From: Octopus sinensis
Lineage: Eukaryota
NCBI RefSeq assembly: GCF_006345805.1
Contig: NW_021829229.1
Span: forward strand, 1-6,789
Reading direction: 5' to 3'
Length of the DNA stretch: 6,789 nt
Shown here: piece after piece, positions 1 through 6,789 of the stretch
How positions within the stretch are numbered: the stretch's first letter is position 1
Layout: each line of letters starts with the position of its first letter
Made by a program: the position numbers and the translations under genes
The notes under the pieces: model-generated
The model's database searches: none
What the model was told of the DNA's origin: nothing
What the model saw: the letters and a program-made list of their open reading frames with translations, nothing else

Positions 1-152
1 TGGCTATGTTGTAAGACGCTTGTTTACCAACCACATGGTTTCGGATTTAGTCCTACTTCGTGGTGCCTTAAGCGAGTGTCATGTACTAAAGTCTCGCGCT
101 GACCAATGCCTTGTGAATGGATTTGATAGACGGAAACTGAAAGAAGCCCGTC
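1..152 (+). mobile_element. tRNA-derived SINE, family A, 5' half (degraded, cut by window edge)
   Basis: Colinear with 6070-6221 throughout (e.g. CCACATGGTT; GACGGAAACTGAAAGAAGCCCGTC vs TACGGAAACTAAAAGAAGCCTGTC). Degenerate A box TGGCTATGTTG (1-11) and B box GGATTTAGTCC (43-53). Confidence 0.85.
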
Positions 153-155
153 ATG

Positions 156-235
156 CACACACACACACACAAACACACACATATATATATATGTATATAT
201 AGATACACACACTAACACGCACATATATATGCTTT

Positions 236-314
<79 letters not shown>

Positions 315-341
315 TGTATGTGTGTTTGTGTGTGTATATAT
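156..341. repeat. Compound microsatellite (CA)n-(TA)n-(TG)n
   Basis: Direct reading; pure (TA) at 241-272 followed by (TG)n to about 335. Confidence 0.97.
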
Positions 342-520
342 AGTTGAAAGTTACACAAAAATAAAAAAATATGAAGACAGGTGTATAAACAACAAGCAGG
401 TATATTAGTATGACACTTGGGAAGGTTAGAAAGTCTTTTACGTTTTGAGCCTACGCTCTTCAACAGAAAGGAACACGGGGAAATAACCAGATAGAAAATA
501 AAAAAAATGTGAAGTTAGCG
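341..520 (-). mobile_element. Probable Penelope-like element terminal fragment
   Basis: Contains the minimal type I hammerhead architecture characteristic of Penelope-like LTRs (435-470) and is bounded by microsatellites on both sides. No RT or GIY-YIG coding sequence is visible; boundaries are approximate. Confidence 0.55.
435..470 (-). ncRNA. Degenerate minimal type I hammerhead ribozyme motif
   Basis: Minus strand: CTTT (stem I) CTGTTGA A GAGC-GTAG-GCTC (stem II) AAAA CG TA AAAG (stem I'). Deviations from the canonical core: A6>U, G12>A and an extra A after A9. Confidence 0.65.
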
Positions 521-582
521 CACACGCACGCACACACACGCACACACACACACAACACTCACACACACACACACACCACACA

Positions 583-619
<37 letters not shown>
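521..619. repeat. (CA)n microsatellite, imperfect
   Basis: Direct reading. Confidence 0.97.
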
Positions 620-624
<5 letters not shown>

Positions 625-884
625 GAATGTTTCGTTTCCCTAATAGCTTGTTTAGAGAAAGTAATACTGCATATATGACACCCTTCAGGAACATTAAATC
701 AGGAAGGAAAGGTTGAGCAAATTATATCTATGCAATATTATTAGTTTCTCTTCTCCTGATTAGAGCTTATATATTCTCTTTTAATAAGGACATTAAATAC
801 GTTATTCATTTGGATATATAGAGACAGTAGTAAAATCATAGACTCTACAAAAATACAAGGTTTCTATAACAATAATGCATAATT

Positions 885-965
885 TGTGTGTGTGTGTGTG
901 AGTGTGTGTGTGTGTGTGTGTGAGTGTGTGTGTGTGTGTGTGTGTGAGTGTGTGTGTGTGTGTGT
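885..965. repeat. (TG)n microsatellite with regular GA interruptions
   Basis: A interruptions at 901, 923 and 947 (spacing 22 and 24). Confidence 0.97.
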
Positions 966-967
966 AT

Positions 968-1259
968 AAATAAGGATAAGATCGTTAATTTAAAAATAAA
1001 ATAACGATTTTATCAAGTGGTCAGCATGGAAAAAATAACCTTCAAATGTAATAATTATTAAAATTATAAATTAGGATATCTACGAGATACCACCATGCTG
1101 AAAATAGCAGCCATGATCTGACTCTAAAACCACCATAATTGTCCATATATCAACACGTGTTGATATATGGACAATTATGGACAATTATGGTGGTTTTAGA
1201 GTCAGATCATGGCTGCTATTTTCAGCATGGCGGTATCTCGTAGATACCCTAATTTATAA

Positions 1260-1267
<8 letters not shown>
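968..1267 (-). mobile_element. Unclassified fold-back element, copy 1 (long palindrome + flank + terminal stem-loop)
   Basis: The reverse complement of 1003-1046 aligns to 5171-5212 (36/45 columns by hand), and the palindrome arm ends are similar to those at 5035-5096. That the element is mobile is inference. Confidence 0.55.
1056..1267. repeat. Near-perfect loopless palindrome, 101-bp arms
   Basis: Centre CAACAC|GTGTTG at 1156/1157. Arms match at 99/101 (A1076/C1247 and A1092/C1231 mismatch), plus a 10-nt tandem duplication ATGGACAATT (1167-1186) in the right arm. Confidence 0.97.

Positions 1268-1305
<38 letters not shown>
1266..1305. repeat. (TA)n microsatellite
   Basis: Direct reading. 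Confidence 0.97.
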
Positions 1306-1308
<3 letters not shown>

Positions 1309-1309
<1 letters not shown>

Positions 1310-1592
1310 CCTTCTCCTCAACTTACGACCGAGTCCCGTTGCGACTGACAGGTCGTAAGTCGATCCGGTCGTATGTCGGATTTATATGTTTCTACACTAT
1401 GTTCATTCAAAATCAAATAATGCTTGAAAGCGACTAATGGAGAGACAGTAGAAGACAATGGATGCCTAGGTGTGCGTTGCCAGATTCTGCCATAGTTATC
1501 TATGCGCAACTGTCCAACGTCCGAAAATCGATTAAAAAAATTTCTTTTTTCATTTCCTTATTTTTTTGTGGTCATTAGTCGAGAAGAAGGTG
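1309..1592. mobile_element. pogo/Tigger-like (Tc1/mariner superfamily) MITE, about 280 bp
   Basis: TIRs: CCTTCTCCTCAACTTACGAC (1310-1329) vs reverse complement of 1571-1590, CCTTCTTCTCGACTAATGAC (16/20). Flanking TA at 1307-1308 and 1593-1594. Internal subterminal copies GGTCGTAAGTCGA (1351-1363) and GGTCGTATGTCGG (1367-1379). Superfamily assignment is from recalled TIR style. Confidence 0.65.
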
Positions 1593-1825
1593 TATATGTA
1601 TATATCTATGTGTTGGTGTCTTTGTGTCTGTGTTTGTTCCCCCAACCTCACCGCCTGACAACCGGTATTCGCATAAACCGACGGAATAAGTTCTGGCCTT
1701 TAAAAAGTAAGTCCTGGGGTAGATTTGTTCGGCTAAAACAAAAAAAAAAAAACGCTTCGTGGCGGTGACCCAGCGTAGCCCCATTCAAATGACTAAAACA
1801 AGTAAAACATGAAAGGAAAAAAAGA
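1593..1825 (+). mobile_element. SINE family A, 3' half (degraded, internal deletion)
   Basis: Colinear with about 6222-6470: TGTCTGTGTTT..CCCC, TGACAACCG, GAATAAGT, GATTTGTTCG, AAATGACT(A/G)AAACAAGTAAAA. About 40 bp missing near 1670; A-run expansion at 1740-1752. Confidence 0.8.
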
Positions 1826-2238
1826 TGAGATATCAGGAAGAACTCCCTAAGAATACGAAGTGGATATTGTCTCAAGCTGCTCTAAATATAAAAGACGGGT
1901 TAATAATACATGAAAAGATACTAATTTTAATGGGGACTTTCATCTTTAGATGCTCAAAGTATAAATCGGATGCGTAAAATATGTTTCAAAATGTCGGCCG
2001 AAACTTATGCAACGTGGTCTAAAACCCAGAAGTTAGAGGCCTATGCAATTAGGAAAATAAGGCTTAGCTAACGAATAAATATTGCGTAACTGGGATTAGC
2101 ATTTATTTGTGAAGTCAAACTAAACTCTTAATTAATCAAAGATCCCGACTGTGCTTCAGAGGTGACTGATGAGACCTAATGGCAGTAGTAAGGGATGGTG
2201 GCTAATTATTATTACAGACTGTACTTACAGATATGAGA

Positions 2239-2296
2239 ATATATGTGTATTATATATATGTACATATATACATACATACAAACACACACACACACG

Positions 2297-2346
<50 letters not shown>

Positions 2347-2403
2347 TACACACACATACGTATATAAATGTATGTATGTATGTTTGTATGTGTGCATGTT
2401 TGT
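2239..2403. repeat. Compound microsatellite TA/CA/TATG
   Basis: Direct reading. Confidence 0.95.
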
Positions 2404-2405
2404 TT

Positions 2406-2623
2406 AGGGCAGCGAGCTGGCAGAATCGTTAGCACGCCGGGTGAAATGCTTTAGTAGCATTTCGTATTCCTTCATGTTCTGAGTTCAAATTGCACCGAGG
2501 TCGACTTTGCCTTTCATCATTTCGTGGTCGATTAAATAAGTACTAGTCAAGAACTGAGTCGATGTTCTCGGCTATCCCTCTTGGCCCAAAATTTCCGGCC
2601 TTGCGCCTAAACTAGAAAGTAAT
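2406..2623 (+). mobile_element. tRNA-derived SINE, family B
   Basis: A-box-like TGGCAGAATCG (2418-2428) and B box GAGTTCAAATT (2481-2491). Central CGAGGTCGACTTTGCCTTTCATC..GTCGAT.AAATAAGTAC module. Possible TSD ATGTTTGT (2396-2403/2624-2631), ambiguous in low-complexity DNA. Confidence 0.75.
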
Positions 2624-2768
2624 ATGTTTGTATGTATGCATTTACGTGTGCGTGTGTGTGTGTCTATATGTGTGTGTAAGTGTGTATGTACGTATGGATG
2701 TACATATGCATACACACGCACTTACACATACATGTATGTATATATACGCATAAGTATGTAAGTGTGCG
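2624..2768. repeat. Compound TG/TATG/CA microsatellite
   Basis: Direct reading. Confidence 0.9.
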
Positions 2769-2844
2769 AGCACAATTTCCCACAATGCATCAGTAGGACT
2801 CAGTGTATGTAGGTGAGTCGTATTTTCAAAACTGTGTCTATGTA

Positions 2845-3060
2845 TCAAAAGAGGATCAACGGCCCTTCTCCAACCATAAGATCATACGGCCGGTTTCCCG
2901 GATTCTGTGACATTACCCCAAAAGACTGGACGCCGGGCCATCGACTGATTACTTGTTTTTGCCAGGTGATTAATTTGGAACGACATGAGAAGAATCCAGG
3001 AATGGAAACCACCATCTTCGGATCATAGATATAGTACTATCCACTAAGGTACGCAAAGCC
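2845..3060 (-). mobile_element. Probable degraded tRNA-derived SINE, family D
   Basis: Minus strand begins GGCTTTGCG, with A-box-like TACCTTAGTGG (3051-3041) and B-box-like GGTTTCCATTCC (3010-2999) at tRNA-like spacing. The 3' boundary is uncertain. Confidence 0.5.
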
Positions 3061-3077
3061 AACGAGACAACGTATGA

Positions 3078-3187
3078 ACATGTGTGTTTGTGTGTATCTT
3101 AGTGTGTGTTAGTATATATACATATACGCATGTATGTATATACACACACACACATACATATACACAGACACGCTTGCGCGTGCATGT
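3078..3187. repeat. Compound TG/TA/CA microsatellite
   Basis: Direct reading. Confidence 0.9.
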
Positions 3188-3219
3188 TTGAGGGTGGTGT
3201 GCCTATATGTGTCTATGGT

Positions 3220-3600
3220 GGAGGCGCAGTGGCCCAGTGGTTAGGGCAGCGGACTCGCAGTCGTAGGATCGCGGTTTCGATTACCAGAGCGGGTGTTGTG
3301 AGAGTTTATTGAGCGAAAACACCTAAACATCCACGAGGCTCCGGCAGTGGGCGGTGGCTAATCCCTGCTGCAACAATTTCACCACAACTTTCTCTCACTC
3401 TATCTTCCTGTTTCTGTTGTACCTGTATTTCAAAAGGGCCAGCCTTGTCACACTCTGTGTCAGGATGAATCTCCCCGAGAACTACGTTAAGGGTACCCGT
3501 GTCTGCGGAGTGCTCAGCCACTTGCACGTTAATTTCACGAGCTGGCTGTTCCGTTGATCGGATCAGCTGGAACCCTCGTCGTCGTAACCGACGGAGTGCC
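3220..3600 (+). mobile_element. tRNA-derived SINE, family C, apparently full length
   Basis: A box TGGCCCAGTGG (3230-3240), B box GGTTTCGATTACC (3273-3285), GC-richer body. Candidate 14-bp TSD TATGTGTCTATGGT (3206-3219) / TATATGTCTATGAT (3604-3617), 12/14. Confidence 0.85.
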
Positions 3601-4128
3601 ACGTATATGTCTATGATAATGACATCTTTTAGTTCTGTATTCAAATAAAGATGCCAAATGAACAGTCTGCAAAATAAAATGGCAGATTCTTTGAAATATA
3701 TATATCATCGGCCACAGAGAAATAAAACCGCAGCATCAGTTCGAACTCACAAAAGTCAGAGAAAGACATTTATAGGTGATAATAAATCCTGAACAATAGA
3801 CACACATAAACAGGCTCAAAACAGAGACATACAAGCAGCAAAGACTAACCCGCCCCCAACACACATACACAAACACAATCAGACAATCATGCGCATTTCA
3901 GTATATTTTGCCGATTGTTAGGAAACAGTAGCAGGAGGAAGAAGGGAGTGTGACCATGGAATATTGTCTGCGGCTGTTTTAGGGAATGGGGTAAAGTGCA
4001 AAGGAGGGGATATATTAACAACTGTTTAATAGATAGTTTAATAAATAGTTTAAATGGACTGCTTGATAATATTCTGTAGGGTTGGCGGGGGAGCACTCTA
4101 TTTATTTAAAGTTGAATGAAGAATATAT

Positions 4129-4214
4129 ACTGTGGTATTCCTCCTGACTTGGAATCTCTATCTCTCCCTCTCCACTCTCCCTTGTTCTCTCTATTTATCT
4201 GTCTGTCTGTCGGA

Positions 4215-4245
<31 letters not shown>
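4129..4245 (+). repeat. Direct repeat copy 1: 28-bp unique core + (CT)/(GTCT) microsatellite
   Basis: ACTGTGGTATTCCTCCTGACTTGGAATC (4129-4156) is identical to 4867-4894; CTCTCCCTCT and CCTTGTTCTCTCTAT are also shared. Confidence 0.92.
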
Positions 4246-4263
4246 AATATATATATATATTTG

Positions 4264-4301
<38 letters not shown>

Positions 4302-4621
4302 CATACACACAAACACATGCACATATATATGTATATATATAAATAATATAAAATACTATGTATGCGTGCGTATATATATATTAATATAAACTCACAGGTA
4401 CATAAACATGTGCGTGTGCGCGCGTGTATATATATGTAAATATATATATATGTAATATATATACATATATAATATTTACATATATAATATGTATATATTT
4501 ACATATATATATGTATATATATACATATTATATACATATATATATTATATTATATATTCTATAATATAATTATATATATATATATATATTATATATATAT
4601 ATATATTCATATATTTATATA
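4246..4621. repeat. AT-rich low-complexity (TA)n/TACA tract
   Basis: Direct reading. Confidence 0.95.
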
Positions 4622-4866
4622 TGAAGGTTAACTTCCAAATTAGGTTGGTAGGGGTACACATGTTTAGCGGGTACTCTATTCGCTTTTACCGGTTAATAAT
4701 GCTGGCTAACCTCCGTGAGTATAGAAAAACTCCAGTAAGTTTATTTTACAACCCTCAGTAGATCTTCACATCACATCGGTAAATCCATATGTCTCTATAG
4801 AGTGTGCATGTCGTCGGTTGCGAAGATATAATAATAATTATTATTATTATTTCTTCTCTCTTACCC

Positions 4867-4944
4867 ACTGTGGTATTCCTCCTGACTTGGAATCCCTCTC
4901 TCTCCCTCTTCCTTGTTCTCTCTATCTATCTATTTATCTGTCTG

Positions 4945-4979
<35 letters not shown>
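4867..4979 (+). repeat. Direct repeat copy 2
   Basis: See 4129-4245; offset 738 bp. Confidence 0.92.
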
Positions 4980-4997
4980 TATATATCTATATATATA

Positions 4998-5037
<40 letters not shown>
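4980..5037. repeat. (TA)n microsatellite, imperfect
   Basis: Direct reading. Confidence 0.95.
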
Positions 5038-5038
<1 letters not shown>

Positions 5039-5161
5039 AACAACTTACACAAGGGCAAAAGAAAAAATTTTCTAATGCCTAATATGCCGAAAATAGTCTA
5101 TTTTCGGCATATTTGGCATTAGAATTTTTTTTTCTTTTGTCCTTGTTTATAGTTGTTTATA
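5035..5161. repeat. Palindrome with 1-nt loop, 62/64-nt arms
   Basis: Centre T5097 (GAAAATAG-T-CTATTTTC); the inner 16 bp are perfect; 57/64 columns match by hand alignment. Confidence 0.95.
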
Positions 5162-5232
5162 AATTTAACCTTTAAAGGTATTTTTTAATATGCTGGCCAT
5201 TGATAGAACGTTTTTTCGAAAAATTGTATCCT
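5035..5232 (+). mobile_element. Unclassified fold-back element, copy 2
   Basis: Same order of parts as 968-1267 read on the minus strand: (TA)n, palindrome, homologous flank, GATA...TATC stem-loop, microsatellite. Confidence 0.55.
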
Positions 5233-5352
5233 ATATTATATATATATATATATATAATATATATATATATATACATATATATATTAATGTCATTGATACA
5301 TATATGACAATGCACACATTTATAAATATGTACATATATATATATATGTTAT
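5232..5352. repeat. TA-rich low-complexity tract
   Basis: Direct reading. Confidence 0.9.
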
Positions 5353-5462
5353 ATTCTATGTCATACAATTTAGAAACTTGGAGAGCAAGTGAAGCAATTC
5401 GATTCACCCGGTGACGCTTGCTATAATATGTTTACTCTGAACTCAAACTATTCTAAACAACA

Positions 5463-5775
5463 ATACATACATACATGACTGCATACATACATACATACAT
5501 ACATACATACATACATACATACATGCATACATATATACATACATACAATACATACATACATACATACATACATACATACGTACATACATACATACGTGCA
5601 TACATACATACATACATACATACATACATACGTACGTACATACATACATACATACGTACATAGATACATACATATATACATACATACATACATACATACA
5701 TGCATACATACATACATACATACATACATACATACATACATACATACATACATACATACATACATACATACATAC
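5463..5775. repeat. (ATAC)n tetranucleotide microsatellite, about 310 bp
   Basis: Direct reading; occasional ATGC, GTAC and ATAT variant units. Source of the MYVC/HTYI pseudo-ORFs. Confidence 0.98.
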
Positions 5776-6058
5776 CTGCTGAAACAGGTGTAGCAATGTG
5801 ACAAGAACCGAATGAAATAAAACCAATATTGACAGTTAAACATGGATTTCTAACTTTTGGAAGTCGTTTATAATCGATTACGTCAAAAATCAATATATTG
5901 CAATCGCGACAGAAACATATATTGGAGAGATTTGATTTTGCAAGATGGCGGAATCATTAATGTCTTGTAATATTTATTATTTGTTCAGGCTCAATGCGAT
6001 CTGTATTTAAGTCCTATTGTGTCCAACTCATCGGCTGTCTATGAAATACACAGAAATT

Positions 6059-6483
6059 AGGCGTCGGAGTAGCTGTGTGGTCAGTAGCTTGCTTACCAGC
6101 CACATGGTTCCGAGTTCAGTCCCACTGCGTGGCACCTTGGGCAAGTGTCTTCCACTATAGCCTCGGGCCGACCAAAGCCTTCTGAGTGGATTTCGTATAC
6201 GGAAACTAAAAGAAGCCTGTCGTATATATGTATATATGTATGATTGTGTGTATATGTTTGAGTGTCTGTGTTTCTCCCCCCCCCCCAACATCGCTTGACA
6301 ACCGATGCCGGTGTGTTTACATCCCTGTAACTTAGCGGTTCGGGAAAAGAGACCGATAGAATAAGTACTAGGCTTACAAAGAATAAGACTTGGGATCGAT
6401 TTGTTCGACTAAAGGGCAGTGCTCCAGTATGGCTGCAGGGAAATGACTGAAACAAGTAAAAGAAAAAAAGAGTAAAGAGTAAA
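6059..6483 (+). mobile_element. tRNA-derived SINE, family A, apparently full length with internal microsatellite
   Basis: A box TAGCTGTGTGG (6070-6080), B box GAGTTCAGTCC (6112-6122), internal TA/TG tract about 6222-6272, tail of AGTAAA(A)G repeats to 6483. Weak candidate TSD AAATT (6054-6058/6481-6485). Homologous pieces at 1-152 and 1593-1825. Confidence 0.88.
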
Positions 6484-6789
6484 TTGAAAGTTTCATTTCT
6501 TAGATGCAGTATTTCATTCTTGAAATCAGCCACACTGCACCGTGAGATTAGTCGTGTAAACCGCTCACAGAAATCTTCCCTCCACCCTTAGAATTAATGT
6601 GAATATGCTCGAATGTTTAGCAACCATTTCCTCGTGGAAAATTCGATATGCGATTTCCAAAGAAGCTACTTTTGTATAATACAATAACGGGATGGAAAAT
6701 ATCGGAAATAAAAATATACAAGACCAGAATTTTTATCTATTTAGAAACAGAACCAAGATGGACGAAATGCAAGTTCGATCTAGACAATA

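Noticed and set aside
1154-1159. E-box CACGTG at the palindrome centre
   Set aside because: Any loopless palindrome centre is a palindromic hexamer; no independent support.
1825-1977. 50-aa ORF MRYQEELPKNTKW...
   Set aside because: Short, no recognisable motif, no splice or promoter support.
2166-2190. CTGATGA hammerhead or C-box-like core
   Set aside because: Stem II (GACC/GGCA) is poor, there is no GAAA or stem I, and no matching D-box structure.
3220-3290. tRNA gene
   Set aside because: A/B boxes are present but the anticodon and acceptor stems do not pair; the sequence continues into a SINE body. The same applies to the other SINE heads.
2854-3559. Shared CCGTTGATC near the tails of SINEs C and D
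   Set aside because: Only 9 bp, with no extension on either side.
3306-3644. 112-aa minus-strand ORF
   Set aside because: Lies antisense within SINE C; no recognisable domain.
4024-4053. 12-bp tandem GTTTAATARATA x2.5 (forkhead/homeobox-like)
   Set aside because: Short AT-rich slippage repeat; function is unsupported.
5168-5179. 12-bp palindrome ACCTTTAAAGGT
   Set aside because: Not preserved in the homologous copy-1 flank; likely chance.
5443-5893. ORFs of 127-146 aa (MYVC/HTYI repeats)
   Set aside because: Translations of the (ATAC)n microsatellite, which lacks stop codons in several frames.
6028-6533. 87-aa and 146-aa minus-strand ORFs
   Set aside because: Antisense readings of SINE A; the similar peptide at 24-224 simply reflects the repeat.
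1-6789. CRISPR array or prokaryotic system
   Set aside because: No regularly spaced repeats with unique spacers and no gene-dense structure; the composition is eukaryotic repeat DNA.

Overview
Non-coding, AT-rich, extremely repeat-dense eukaryotic DNA (intron or intergenic). No credible protein-coding gene: the listed ORFs are translations of microsatellites, SINE sequence or short unrecognisable AT-rich DNA. The SINE types and microsatellite density resemble, from my recollection, octopod cephalopod genomes (inference, not verified). Contents: fragments of about four tRNA-derived SINE families (1-152, 1593-1825, 2406-2623, 2845-3060, 3220-3600, 6059-6483), a Penelope-like fragment carrying a degenerate minimal hammerhead ribozyme (435-470, minus), a pogo/Tigger-like MITE (1309-1592), a 28-bp-core direct repeat (4129/4867) and many compound microsatellites. 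Most notable: two long, essentially loopless palindromes (1056-1267 and 5035-5161) appear to be oppositely oriented copies of one element. They share arm ends, a 42-44 bp flank, a thrice-repeated motif that co-varies within each copy, and a terminal stem-loop.
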